A stretch of 60,426 nt of DNA from assembly GCA_038200085.1 (NCBI GenBank), contig JBBPYG010000050.1, forward strand, positions 1-60,426, read 5' to 3'. The notes beneath the pieces are model-generated. The model ran no database searches. It was not told the DNA's origin and worked only from the letters and a program-made list of their open reading frames with translations. Position 1 is the first letter of the stretch. The number at the start of each line of letters is the position of its first letter. Below, piece after piece: positions 1-9,455 of this stretch. The position numbers and the translations under genes were made by a program. The DNA comes from Candidatus Limnocylindria bacterium. Its GTDB lineage: Bacteria; Chloroflexota; Limnocylindria; P2-11E.

Positions 1-1158
1 GCCGGCGGATGCCTCGCGGCTGAACATCTGGTGCGGCGCGATCCGGAACTGGATCGAGATCTCCGTGGACCGCTTGGGGAGGCGCTTGCCGGTGCGAAGG
101 TAGAACGGCGTGCCCTCCCAGCGCCAGTTGTCGACGTAGCATTTGAGCGCGACGAACGTCTCGGTCCCCGAGTGGGCGGGGACCTTGTCCTCCTCGCGGT
201 ACGCGGGCACGCGCGTTCCCTCTATGAACCCGCTCGAGTACTGGCCCCGCACGACGGTGTCGGAGACCTCCTCGGGGCGGATCGGGCGGATCGCCCGCAG
301 GACCTTTATCTTCTCGTCGCGCACCGACCCCGCGTCGAACGCGACCGGCGGCTCCATCGCGACCAGGGCAAGCAGCTGCAGTAGGTGGTTCTGCACGATG
401 TCCCGCATGGCGCCGGTCTGGTCGTAGTACTCGCTGCGCTCCTCCACGCCGATCGATTCGGCCGCAGTGATCTGCACGTGGTCGACGAACTGCCGGTTCC
501 AGAGCGGCTCGAAGATGCTGTTCGCGAAGCGCATGACGACGATGTTCTGCACCGTCTCCTTGCCGAGGTAGTGGTCGATGCGGAAGACCTGCTCCTCGCG
601 GAAGACGTCGTGCACCGTGTCCGTCAGCTCGCGCGCGCTGGCCAAGTCGTGGCCGAACGGTTTCTCGATGACGATGCGCGACCAGCCGCCCTCGCGGATG
701 AGCATGTGCCTTCCTATCGCGCGCACGATCGGCGCGTACGCGGCCGGCGGCGTTGCGAGGTAGAAAAGGCGGTTGCCGTGGGTCCCGAGGTCGTCGTCGA
801 TGCGCTTAAGCGTGCGCGCGAGGGTCTCGTACCCTTCGTCGTCCGGCGTCGCGATATAGCGGACCCGCTCGGAGAACGAGCGCCACACTTCTTCGTTGAT
901 CGGCTTCGTTCGGCTGAACTCCGCCACGGCGTCGTGCAGCTCCTGGCGGTATGCCTCGTCCTGCACCGGCCGGCGCGCGGTGGCAACGACCGCGAACGCC
1001 GCGGGCAGCAGGCGCTGGAGCTCGAGGTTGTACAGCGCCGGAATGAGCTTGCGACCCGCGAGGTCGCCGGCGCCGCCGAAGATGACGAGCGCCGCGGGCT
1101 CGGGGGTGCGCGCAAGACGGGCACCCGCCCGGAGGGGATTGAGGGTGGCGGTGGCCAT
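1..1158 (-). CDS. zwf: Glucose-6-phosphate 1-dehydrogenase, N-terminal 386 codons (C-terminus runs off the window start)
   Basis: My minus-strand translation from the ATG at 1158 reads MATATLNPL...VIFGGAGDLAGRKLIPALYNL (NADP-binding motif) ... EKPFGHDL ... RIDHYLGKE (G6PD signature) ... QNHLLQLL. It is absent from the ORF track because no stop falls inside the window. Confidence 0.9.
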   Translation of the reverse strand, partial: MATATLNPLRAGARLARTPEPAALVIFGGAGDLAGRKLIPALYNLELQRLLPAAFAVVATARRPVQDEAYRQELHDAVAEFSRTKPINEEVWRSFSERVRYIATPDDEGYETLARTLKRIDDDLGTHGNRLFYLATPPAAYAPIVRAIGRHMLIREGGWSRIVIEKPFGHDLASARELTDTVHDVFREEQVFRIDHYLGKETVQNIVVMRFANSIFEPLWNRQFVDHVQITAAESIGVEERSEYYDQTGAMRDIVQNHLLQLLALVAMEPPVAFDAGSVRDEKIKVLRAIRPIRPEEVSDTVVRGQYSSGFIEGTRVPAYREEDKVPAHSGTETFVALKCYVDNWRWEGTPFYLRTGKRLPKRSTEISIQFRIAPHQMFSREASAG

Positions 1159-1168
1159 CAGCGGCGCC

Positions 1169-2068
1169 TCATTCCTTCTTCACCGCGTGGCCTCCGAACT
1201 GGTTGCGCAGCGCGGCGGAGACCTTCATCGCGTACGAGTCGTCTTGGCGCGAGGTGAAGCGCGCGAAGAGCGCGTGCGCGAGCGACGTCATCGGCACGTC
1301 GTGGTCGATGGCCTCCTTGATCGTCCAACGACCCTCGCCCGAGTCCGCGACCCAGCCCTTGATGCCCGCCAGGTCCGTGCCCTCCTCCTCGAAGGCGCGC
1401 TCCGCCAGCTCGAGGAGCCACGACCGCACGACGCTGCCCTGGTTCCATACGGTCGCCACCTGCTTGAGGTCGAGCTCGAACTCCGAAGCGTGCAGCAGCT
1501 CGAAGCCTTCTCCGTAGGCCTGCATCATCCCGTACTCGATCCCGTTGTGGACCATCTTCACGAAGTGGCCGGCGCCGGCCTTGCCGAAGTGCGCCCAGCC
1601 GTTCGGTGGCGCGAGGGTGTCGAGCGCGGGCCGCAGCACGTCGACGGCCTCCTTGGGGCCGCCGACCATCATGCAGTAGCCGACCTTCAGCCCCCAGATC
1701 CCGCCGGACACGCCGATGTCGAGGAAATGGAAACCGCGCTTTGAGTACATGTCCGCGCGACGCATCGAATCCCGGAAGTTCGAGTTGCCGCCGTCGACGA
1801 AGATGTCGCCGGGAGAGGCGTGGTCGGCGAACTCCGCGAGGGTCTGTTCGGTGACCTCGCCCGAGGGCACCATTGACCAGAGCACGCGCGGAGATCGGAG
1901 CTTGCTCACCAGCTCCTCGACGGAGTGCGCGCCGCTGGCACCATCCCGCTCGGCCTCCTCGACAGGTCCCGGACTGCGGTTCCCCGCCACCACGCTGTGC
2001 CCGCCCTGCGCGAGCCGAGTGACCATGTTCCCGCCCATCCGCCCAAGTCCGTAGAGCCCCAGCTGCAC
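1169..2068 (-). CDS. gnd: 6-phosphogluconate dehydrogenase, decarboxylating (short Gnd/YqeC-like form)
   Basis: Lies in track ORF 1169..2143. Family similarity begins at VQLGLYGLGRMGGNM (Rossmann GxGxMG), so I chose the GTG at 2068. It also has GHFVKMVHNGIEYGMMQ and a G-rich SD-like run upstream. Confidence 0.85.
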   Translation of the reverse strand: MQLGLYGLGRMGGNMVTRLAQGGHSVVAGNRSPGPVEEAERDGASGAHSVEELVSKLRSPRVLWSMVPSGEVTEQTLAEFADHASPGDIFVDGGNSNFRDSMRRADMYSKRGFHFLDIGVSGGIWGLKVGYCMMVGGPKEAVDVLRPALDTLAPPNGWAHFGKAGAGHFVKMVHNGIEYGMMQAYGEGFELLHASEFELDLKQVATVWNQGSVVRSWLLELAERAFEEEGTDLAGIKGWVADSGEGRWTIKEAIDHDVPMTSLAHALFARFTSRQDDSYAMKVSAALRNQFGGHAVKKE

Positions 2069-2144
2069 GCCGTCGCCCCCTTCGCGGCCCGCCCCGCCGC
2101 ATTTCGCTTTCGCGTCCCCGCCCTGCCGTCCGGCCGGCCCCATT

Positions 2145-4022
2145 GTGCGATACCGTTGCCCCGTGACGACCGCGCTCGAGAACCCCGCCCAGCTCGAGAC
2201 CTACCGCTCCGTCGCGCGGCAGCTGCGGGCCGACAGCATCCGCTGTTCCAGCGCCGCCGGGTCCGGGCATCCCACCTCGTCGATGTCCGCGGCCGACCTC
2301 ATGGCCGTCCTCTTGACCGGGCACCTGCGCTACGACTTCAAGCACCCCGAGGACGGGGCGAACGACCACCTGATCTTCTCGAAGGGCCACGCGTCGCCGC
2401 TGCTGTATTCGATGTTCCGCGCGGCCGGCGCGATCGACGACGCGGAGCTCATGACCTTCCGCAAGTTCGGCAGCCGCATGGAGGGCCATCCGACGCCGCT
2501 GCTGCCCTGGGTCGACGTCGCGACCGGCTCGCTCGGGCAGGGCCTTCCGATCGGGGTCGGTGTCGCGCTCGCCGGAAAGCGCGTGCTCGCGGCGCCGTAC
2601 CGCGTGTGGGTGCTGGTCGGCGACAGCGAGAGCGCCGAGGGGTCGATCTGGGAGGCGTTCGACCATGCCGGCCACGAGCAGCTGAGCAACCTGGTCGCGA
2701 TCCTCGACATCAACCGTCTCGGTCAGCGCGGCCCGACGGAGCTCGAGTGGAACACGGACGCGTACGCGGCGCGCGCGCAGGCCTTCGGCTGGGACCCGAT
2801 CGTCATCGACGGGCACGACCTCGCCGACATCGAGGACGCGTTCTCGCGCGCCGAGGAGGCCAAGCGCCCCACCGCCGTGATCGCGCGGACGGTGAAGGGC
2901 AAGGGCGTCTCGTTCCTCGAGGACAAGCCCGGCTGGCACGGCAAGACGCTCGACCCCGACCAGACCAAGGCCGCGCTCGCCGAGATCGGTGACGAGCCCT
3001 CGCGCGCGTTCACCGTGGTGCCGCCGCCGAAGTGGACCCCGAAGGCGTGGCCCGCGGCGTCGAAGCCGAAACTCGTCCGCCATGACGAGCCGGTCGCGAC
3101 GCGCAAGGCGTACGGGGACGCACTCGTCGCGCTCGGCGCCGCGCGCGCGAACGTCGTGGTGCTCGACGCCGAGGTGAGCAACTCGACGCACGCCGAGGAC
3201 TTCAAGAAGGCGTACCCGGATCGCTTCTTCGAGATGTACATCGCGGAGCAGCAGCTCGTCGCCGCCGCCGTCGGCATGCAGGTCGTCGGCCTCGTGCCGT
3301 TCGCGTCGACGTTCGCGGCGTTCTTCACGCGCGCGTACGACTTCATCCGGATGGCCGCGATCTCGCGCGCGAACATCCGGCTGTCGGGCTCGCACGCGGG
3401 CGTGTCGATCGGTGAGGACGGTCCATCGCAGATGGCGCTCGAGGACCTGGCGATGATGCGCGCGGTCCATGGCAGCACGGTCCTGTACCCGTGCGACGCG
3501 AACCAAGCGGCGCAGCTGGTAGCGCAGATGGCCGACCGCGAGGGGATCAGCTACATCCGCACGACGCGCGAGAAGACGGCGATCCTCTACGGCCCGGGCG
3601 AGTCCTTCCCGATCGGCGGGAGCAAGACGCTGCGCGGCGGCGGGCCCGGCGACAAGGTCGCGATCGTCGCGGCCGGCATCACGGTGCACGAGGCGCTGAA
3701 GGCCGTCGACGAGCTCGCGGCCAGCGGCGTGAGCGTGCGGCTCATCGACGCGTACAGCGTGAAGCCGATCGACGCGGACGCCCTCGTCGCGGCGGCGCGC
3801 GCGACCGGTGGGCGCCTGGTCGTCGTCGAGGACCACTGGCCCGAGGGCGGGATCGGCGACGCGGCGCTCGCCGCGCTGGCCGAGGCGGGCGCCGAGGCGA
3901 CGCGCGTGCGGCACCTCGCGGTACGCGAGATGCCGACCTCCGGCAAGCCTGCCGAACTGCTCGATGCCGCGGGGATCTCCGCGACGCACATCGTCGCCGC
4001 GGTGCGGGAGCTGCTCGCGTAG
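2145..4022 (+). CDS. tkt: Transketolase
   Basis: 625-aa ORF with SGHPTSSMSAADL (TPP-binding His region), GSLGQGL, GDSESAEGSIWEA and a C-terminal EDGPSQMALEDLA motif. The start may be the GTG at 2163. It is divergent from gnd. Confidence 0.9.
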   Translation: MRYRCPVTTALENPAQLETYRSVARQLRADSIRCSSAAGSGHPTSSMSAADLMAVLLTGHLRYDFKHPEDGANDHLIFSKGHASPLLYSMFRAAGAIDDAELMTFRKFGSRMEGHPTPLLPWVDVATGSLGQGLPIGVGVALAGKRVLAAPYRVWVLVGDSESAEGSIWEAFDHAGHEQLSNLVAILDINRLGQRGPTELEWNTDAYAARAQAFGWDPIVIDGHDLADIEDAFSRAEEAKRPTAVIARTVKGKGVSFLEDKPGWHGKTLDPDQTKAALAEIGDEPSRAFTVVPPPKWTPKAWPAASKPKLVRHDEPVATRKAYGDALVALGAARANVVVLDAEVSNSTHAEDFKKAYPDRFFEMYIAEQQLVAAAVGMQVVGLVPFASTFAAFFTRAYDFIRMAAISRANIRLSGSHAGVSIGEDGPSQMALEDLAMMRAVHGSTVLYPCDANQAAQLVAQMADREGISYIRTTREKTAILYGPGESFPIGGSKTLRGGGPGDKVAIVAAGITVHEALKAVDELAASGVSVRLIDAYSVKPIDADALVAAARATGGRLVVVEDHWPEGGIGDAALAALAEAGAEATRVRHLAVREMPTSGKPAELLDAAGISATHIVAAVRELLA

Positions 4023-4106
4023 CAGACGCGACCGCCGCCTGGTCGCAGGCTTGACGCGCAGGCGGCTATCCTTGCCGCGCCGGCCGCCCCGGTAAGAGGA
4101 GGGCAC

Positions 4107-4670
4107 GTGGAGCTCATCGCCGCCGTGGTCGTCATCGTCGTGCTCGCGCTCTTCCTGATCCTCAGCTACAACCGTCTCGTCACGCTGCGCCAGCGGGTGG
4201 CCGAAGCGTGGGCGGATATCGACGTGCAGCTGAAACGACGCCACGACCTCATCCCGAACCTTGTGGAGACGGTCAAGGGCTACGCGGCCCACGAGCGCGG
4301 CGTGTTCGAGGAGGTGACCCGCGCGCGCGCCGCGGCCGTGAGCGCCGGCGCACAGGGCACGCCCGAGCAGCGCGCCCAGGCCGAGAACCAGCTGACCGGG
4401 GCGCTGCGCTCGCTCTTCGCCGTCGCCGAGAACTACCCGCAGCTTCAGGCGGTGCAGGAGTTCAAGGACCTGTCCGAGAACCTCACGGCGACCGAGGACA
4501 AGATCGCGTTCGCACGGCGCTTCTACAACGGCAACGTGCGCGACTTCAACACCGCGCTCCAGACCTTTCCGACCAACCTCTTCGCGTCCGCGCTCGGTTT
4601 CAAGGCCGCGCAGTACTTCGAGATCGCCGACCAGGCGGAGCGCGACGTCCCGCAGGTGAAGTTCCCGTAA
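4107..4670 (+). CDS. lemA: LemA family membrane protein
   Basis: N-terminal TM helix followed by YNRLVTLRQRVAEAWADIDVQLKRRHDLIPNLVETVKGYAAHE, the typical LemA core. Confidence 0.85.
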   Translation: MELIAAVVVIVVLALFLILSYNRLVTLRQRVAEAWADIDVQLKRRHDLIPNLVETVKGYAAHERGVFEEVTRARAAAVSAGAQGTPEQRAQAENQLTGALRSLFAVAENYPQLQAVQEFKDLSENLTATEDKIAFARRFYNGNVRDFNTALQTFPTNLFASALGFKAAQYFEIADQAERDVPQVKFP

Positions 4671-4758
4671 TGGAGCCGGCCGGACGCCGGCCCGTCCCGA
4701 CCGGCGCCAGCGCGGCCCTGTCCCATAATCGCTGCGGATACCGAACTCGGGTGGGAGG

Positions 4759-6012
4759 GTGACCATGCGCCGGCCATCGCTCACGATCGCGCTGCTCATC
4801 GCCTTCGTCGTCGGAGCCTGCGGCGGCAGCTCGGGGGTCGGCGGCGGTGGCGGCGGGGCGCCCGCCGCGAACATCCCGGACACGATCAAGATCGGCGCGG
4901 TCCTGCCCCTGTCGGGGGCGGACTCGACCCCGGGCAAGTTCATGAACGACGCGTACCTGCTCTACACGAAGCAGGTGAACGACGCGGGGGGCCTCGAGGT
5001 CGCGGGCAAGAAGGCCAAGATCGACCTGCGCATCGAGGACAACAAGAGCGATCCGGCGACGAGCGGGATGCTGTACGAGAAGCTGATCACGCAGGACAAC
5101 GTCGACCTGGTGCTCGGCGGCTACAACACCACGACCGTGACCCAGGAGGTCAAGGTCGTGAACCGGTACAAGATGCCGTACGTCGGCGGCGGCGGCGCCT
5201 CCTCCTCGATCTACACCGACAACACCTGGGCGGTCGGGCTCCTCGCCTCGATCGAGAAGCTCGCGAAAACACAGCTCGAATTCATCAAGTCGCAGCAGGA
5301 CGCGAGCAAGCTTCCCAAGCCGTTGAAGATCGCGGTCGCCTTCGAGAACAGCTCGCACGGCAAGGAGTTCTCAACGGGGATCAAGGATGGCGAGGCCGCG
5401 GCGCCCGACCGCTTCAAGGTCGTCTTCAACGAGCCGTTCGACCTGAACGGCAAGGACTACACGTCGCTCCTGAACAAGGTCAAGGACGCCGGCGCCGACG
5501 CCTTCATGGTCGACGCCCGCGTGCAGGACTACATCACCATGCAGACCCAGTACAAGCAGATCGGCCTGTATCACCAGTACGAGACCTTTGGTCCACGCGG
5601 GCCGGAGAAAGCGGCGCGCGACGCGCTGAAGGCGTCGAGCGACTTCATCGTCGCCGCGACGTGGTTCGACTCCCTGCAACCCGGAGACAACGTGAAGAAG
5701 TGGCTCGACACGTGGAAGAGCACCGGCGACTCGCCCGAGTGGTACGCCGCCTCGGGCTGGGAGTGCGCGCGGATCCTGTACACGGCGATCCAGAAGGCGG
5801 GCACGCTGGACAAGCAGAAGATCCGCGACACGCTCTTCAACACGACCTGGGACAACTCGATCTTCCCGGGCGGGGCGATCAAGTTCGGCAAGACCGGCCA
5901 GTCCGATAACGACTACGTCGTGACGCAGAACACGCCCGACGGCAACCGGATCGTCATCTGGCCGAAGGACCAGGCGACCGGCACGCCGACCATCCCGATC
6001 CCGAAGAAGTAG
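4759..6012 (+). CDS. ABC transporter substrate-binding lipoprotein, Leu/Ile/Val-binding (type 1 PBP) family
   Basis: Lipoprotein signal peptide (LLIAFVVGACGG). The mature part has the KIGAVLPLSG start typical of LivJ/K-like binding proteins. It sits directly upstream of the livHMGF-like genes. Confidence 0.8.
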   Translation: MTMRRPSLTIALLIAFVVGACGGSSGVGGGGGGAPAANIPDTIKIGAVLPLSGADSTPGKFMNDAYLLYTKQVNDAGGLEVAGKKAKIDLRIEDNKSDPATSGMLYEKLITQDNVDLVLGGYNTTTVTQEVKVVNRYKMPYVGGGGASSSIYTDNTWAVGLLASIEKLAKTQLEFIKSQQDASKLPKPLKIAVAFENSSHGKEFSTGIKDGEAAAPDRFKVVFNEPFDLNGKDYTSLLNKVKDAGADAFMVDARVQDYITMQTQYKQIGLYHQYETFGPRGPEKAARDALKASSDFIVAATWFDSLQPGDNVKKWLDTWKSTGDSPEWYAASGWECARILYTAIQKAGTLDKQKIRDTLFNTTWDNSIFPGGAIKFGKTGQSDNDYVVTQNTPDGNRIVIWPKDQATGTPTIPIPKK

Positions 6013-6015
6013 GTC

Positions 6016-6888
6016 ATGCGCCTGGTCGAGGCGCTGATCAGCGCGCTGCTGGTCGCGGGGCTGTACGCGACGATGTCATACGGCCTCGCGCTCATCTACG
6101 GCGTGATGAAGATCATCAACCTGGCGAACGCGGGGACGATGATGCTCGGCGCGTTCACGACCTTCGTCCTCTGGCAGACGTTCGGCGTCGACCCGCTGCT
6201 CTCGGTGCTGATCGTCGCGCCCATCTTCTTCGTCCTCGGGGTGATCATCGAGGCGGCATTCGTGCGGCGGGTCGCCGGATCGGCGCCGATCATCTCGCTG
6301 CTCCTGCTGTTCGGGGTGTGGCTGATCATGCAGTCGGCCGCGAGCCTGCAATTCGGCGGCGACGTGCGCGCGGTGCGACCGGTGTACGTCCAGGACGTCA
6401 TCAGGGTGGGTGAGATCACGATCGCGTACACGCGCCTCGCGGTATTCCTCGCTGGCGCGATCATCCTGGTCGCGCTGGAGCTCTTCCTCCGGAACTCGTT
6501 CCTCGGCCGCGCCATCCGCGCGCTCGCGCAGGACCGCGAGGCCTGCGCCCTGTCGGGCATCGACACGCGGCGCGTCTCCATGGTCGCGTTCGGACTGGGG
6601 ACCGCTCTCGCGGGGATGGCGGGATGCCTGCTCACGCTCGTCTTCCCGTTCGACCCGGACTTCGGGCGGCTCTTCCAGCTGAAGAGCTTCACGATCATCG
6701 TCCTCGGCGGCCTCGAGTCCATACCCGGCATCGCGGTCGCCTCCTTCGTGCTCGCGCTCGCGGAGAACCTCACCGTGACGCTCTCGAAGCCGGCGCTCGA
6801 AAACCTCGTGTCGTTCGTATTGCTCGTCGTCGTTTTGGTGGTGATGCCCGGCGGGCTCGCCGCGCTCGTGCGGCGGCGCCTGGCGTGA
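6016..6888 (+). CDS. livH: Branched-chain amino acid ABC transporter permease (LivH-like)
   Basis: 290-aa polytopic membrane protein starting 4 nt after the binding protein stop. The sequence pattern is LivH-like (AxGLxLIYGVMKIINLAxG). Confidence 0.85.
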   Translation: MRLVEALISALLVAGLYATMSYGLALIYGVMKIINLANAGTMMLGAFTTFVLWQTFGVDPLLSVLIVAPIFFVLGVIIEAAFVRRVAGSAPIISLLLLFGVWLIMQSAASLQFGGDVRAVRPVYVQDVIRVGEITIAYTRLAVFLAGAIILVALELFLRNSFLGRAIRALAQDREACALSGIDTRRVSMVAFGLGTALAGMAGCLLTLVFPFDPDFGRLFQLKSFTIIVLGGLESIPGIAVASFVLALAENLTVTLSKPALENLVSFVLLVVVLVVMPGGLAALVRRRLA

Positions 6889-7901
6889 CCGCGGTCGTCG
6901 CGAGCGCAGAGCGGCTCCCGCGCCGCGCGCGCATCTGGGGACAGGTCGCGATCGTCCTTCTCATCGGCGCCGCCATCGCGCTCATCCCCGTCCTCGACGA
7001 GCGCTCGTTCAACCTTCAGAGGCTGACGTTCTTCCTGCTGTGGTACGCGACGCTCGCCACCGGCTGGAACATCATCGGCGGCTATGCGGGCCAGATCTCG
7101 TTCGGCCACGCCGCCTTCCTCGGCATGGGCGCGTACACCACCGGCGTCATCTGGTTCACGACGAAGACGGACCCGCTGCTCACGGTGCCGATCGCGGGAG
7201 CGGCCGCCGCGCTCTACTCGGTCCTGGTCGGCGCGCCGACGTTGCGGCTGCGCGGCCCGTACTTCGCGATCGCGACGATCGGGATCGGAGAGGCCACGCG
7301 GCTGCTCGCGGTGAACTTCGATGACATCTTCGGCGTCACCCTGACCCACGGCGTCACGGGATTGTCGCTGCCGAACTACGATCCGGTGATCGTCCACTAC
7401 GCGATGGTCGCGCTCTTCGTGATCGCGATGCTCGTGACGATATGGGTCCGCGGCAGCCGGTTCGGCCTCGGACTTTTTTCCATCAACATGGACACCGACG
7501 CCGCCGAGACCGTGGGCGTACCCACGGCGCGGCTCAAGATCACGGCGCTAGCGCTGTCCGCCTTCCTCTGCGGAGCCGCTGGAGCGCTGTACGCCGCCCG
7601 GCAGCAGTTCCTCGATCCGGGATCGATGTTCGGCTTCGACAGGTCGATCGCCCTAGTGCTCATGCCGGTGGTGGGCGGGCTCGGAACGGTCTGGGGACCG
7701 GTCTTCGGCGCCGTCCTGTACTCGGTCGTGCAGGACCAGATCCAGTCGCTCGTCCGCAACCCGTACCTGCCGACGCTCATCTACGGGGTACTGCTCGTGC
7801 TGATCGTGATCTTCGAGCCGCTCGGCATCGCGGGCCTGCTTTCCCGCGCGTCGGATTCGGCGCGTTCGCTCGTGCGTCGAAGGCCGGAGAACGTCACTTG
7901 A
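6885..7901 (+). CDS. livM: Branched-chain amino acid ABC transporter permease (LivM-like)
   Basis: In the frame of track ORF 6624..7901. The GTG at 6885 overlaps the livH stop (GTGA). It has the NIIGGYAGQISFGHAAFLGMGAY motif of LivM. Confidence 0.8.
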   Translation: MTAVVASAERLPRRARIWGQVAIVLLIGAAIALIPVLDERSFNLQRLTFFLLWYATLATGWNIIGGYAGQISFGHAAFLGMGAYTTGVIWFTTKTDPLLTVPIAGAAAALYSVLVGAPTLRLRGPYFAIATIGIGEATRLLAVNFDDIFGVTLTHGVTGLSLPNYDPVIVHYAMVALFVIAMLVTIWVRGSRFGLGLFSINMDTDAAETVGVPTARLKITALALSAFLCGAAGALYAARQQFLDPGSMFGFDRSIALVLMPVVGGLGTVWGPVFGAVLYSVVQDQIQSLVRNPYLPTLIYGVLLVLIVIFEPLGIAGLLSRASDSARSLVRRRPENVT

Positions 7902-7967
7902 GCCAGGAGGCCGGAGAGGGTCACGTGAGCGAGGAGGCCAGAGGGCGTCACGCGAGCGAGGAGGTCA
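7892..7967. repeat. About 27-bp imperfect tandem repeat (2.8 copies) at the livM/livG junction
   Basis: Units are GTCACTTGAGCCAGGAGGCCGGAGAGG, GTCACGTGAGCGAGGAGGCCAGAGGGC and GTCACGCGAGCGAGGAGGTCAT. Each carries an AGGAGG SD-like core. Unit 1 holds the livM stop and unit 2 holds the candidate livG GTG. Confidence 0.7.
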
Positions 7968-8689
7968 TCCTGTCGGGACAGGGCGTCACCCGCCGGTTCG
8001 GCGGCCTGGTCGCGGTGAACGGCGTGGACTTCGAGATCCGCAGGGGCGAGATCTTCGGCCTCATCGGCCCGAACGGCGCCGGGAAGACGACGCTCTTCCG
8101 GCTGCTCTCCGGCGTGTACGCGCCGAGCGCGGGCTCGATCAAGCTTCGCGGCCGCGAGATCGGCGGAAAGAAGCCGCACGAGATCTGCGCGCTCGGCCTC
8201 GTCACGACGCACCAGATCGTGAAGCCGTTCGGCGAGATGTCGTGCCGGCGGAACGTCCTCGTCGGCGTGCAGTACGGCCGTCGCCGGCTGCGTCGCGCGG
8301 CCGCCGAGACCGAGGCCGACCGGCTTCTCGAGCTCACCGAGCTCGCGCCGCACGCCGACACGCTGGGCAAGGCGCTCACCCTCGCGCGTCGCAAGCGCGT
8401 CGAGGTCGCCCGCGCGCTCGCCACGGGCCCGGATGTCCTGCTGCTCGATGAGGTCGCGGCCGGTCTGAATCCCACCGAGAGCGCGCGGATCGTCGAGCTC
8501 ATCCGGCGCATCCGGGACAGCGGTGTGACGATCGTCATGGTGGAGCACGTCATGAAGGCGATCATGTCGCTGTCCGACCGGATCATGGTCATGGACCTCG
8601 GCAAGCGCATCGCACTCGGCACGCCGGAGGAGGTCGCGCGCGATGAGCGCGTCGTGAAGGCGTACTTCGGCGAGCGCGCCGTCGCGTGA
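7925..8689 (+). CDS. livG: Branched-chain amino acid ABC transporter ATP-binding protein (LivG-like)
   Basis: In the frame of track ORF 7442..8689. Walker A GPNGAGKTT, signature LARRKRVEVARAL and Walker B LLLDEVAAG are present. The start at GTG 7925 is uncertain. Confidence 0.85.
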   Translation: MSEEARGRHASEEVILSGQGVTRRFGGLVAVNGVDFEIRRGEIFGLIGPNGAGKTTLFRLLSGVYAPSAGSIKLRGREIGGKKPHEICALGLVTTHQIVKPFGEMSCRRNVLVGVQYGRRRLRRAAAETEADRLLELTELAPHADTLGKALTLARRKRVEVARALATGPDVLLLDEVAAGLNPTESARIVELIRRIRDSGVTIVMVEHVMKAIMSLSDRIMVMDLGKRIALGTPEEVARDERVVKAYFGERAVA

Positions 8690-9441
8690 CCGCGCCGGCG
8701 ACGACCTCGCGGGAGGCGACCACCCAAGCGACGCCGGTCCTCGAGGTACGCGCGGTATCGGCTTCGTACGGCGACGTTCAAGCGCTGTGGGACATCTCGT
8801 TCGCGGTGCCCGAGGGCTCGGTCACCACGCTGCTAGGCAGCAACGGCGCGGGGAAGACGACGACGCTCAAGGTCATCTCGGGGATCCTCCCCCCGCGCGA
8901 GGGCGAGGTGCTGCTGGGTGGCGACCGCATCGACGGGCGCTCGCCCCATAGCGTCGTGGAGCTGGGCGTCATCCAGGTCCCGGAGGGCCGGCATCTCTGG
9001 CCGAACATGAGCGTGGAGGAGAACCTCATGCTCGGCGCGTACGCGAGGCGCGCGCGGCCCGAGCGCGCCCGCTCGCTGCGCGAGGTGTACGAGCTGTTCC
9101 CCCGCTTGCGCGAACGCCGCGCCCAGCTCGCCGGCACGCTCTCCGGCGGCGAGCAGCAGATGGCCGCGATCGGGCGCGGGCTCATGGGCCGTCCGAAGGT
9201 CCTCATGCTGGACGAGCCGTCCCTCGGCCTCGCCCCCATCCTGGTCGACGAGGTCTTCCGCGTCATCAAGGAGATCGTCGCGCTCGGCACGACGGTGCTG
9301 CTCGTCGAGCAGAACGTGCACCGCGCGCTCGAGGCCGCCTCACTGGCCTCGGTGCTGGAGAGCGGCCGCGTCGTGATCTCAGGCAGCGCCGCCGACATCG
9401 CGAACGATCCGAAGGTGAAGAGCGCCTACCTCGGCCTCTGA
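8686..9441 (+). CDS. livF: Branched-chain amino acid ABC transporter ATP-binding protein (LivF-like)
   Basis: Walker A GSNGAGKTT, signature LSGGEQQM and Walker B LMLDEPSLGL are present. The start overlaps the livG stop. Confidence 0.85.
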   Translation: MTAPATTSREATTQATPVLEVRAVSASYGDVQALWDISFAVPEGSVTTLLGSNGAGKTTTLKVISGILPPREGEVLLGGDRIDGRSPHSVVELGVIQVPEGRHLWPNMSVEENLMLGAYARRARPERARSLREVYELFPRLRERRAQLAGTLSGGEQQMAAIGRGLMGRPKVLMLDEPSLGLAPILVDEVFRVIKEIVALGTTVLLVEQNVHRALEAASLASVLESGRVVISGSAADIANDPKVKSAYLGL

Positions 9442-9455
9442 CCCACGGGGGAGTG

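Noticed and set aside
1158-4943. 1,261-aa minus-strand ORF spanning gnd, tkt and lemA
   Set aside because: It is antisense to, or out of frame with, three well-supported genes. Its composition is Arg/Gly/Ala/Pro-dominated low complexity, typical of spurious ORFs in very GC-rich DNA, and it has no recognisable motifs.
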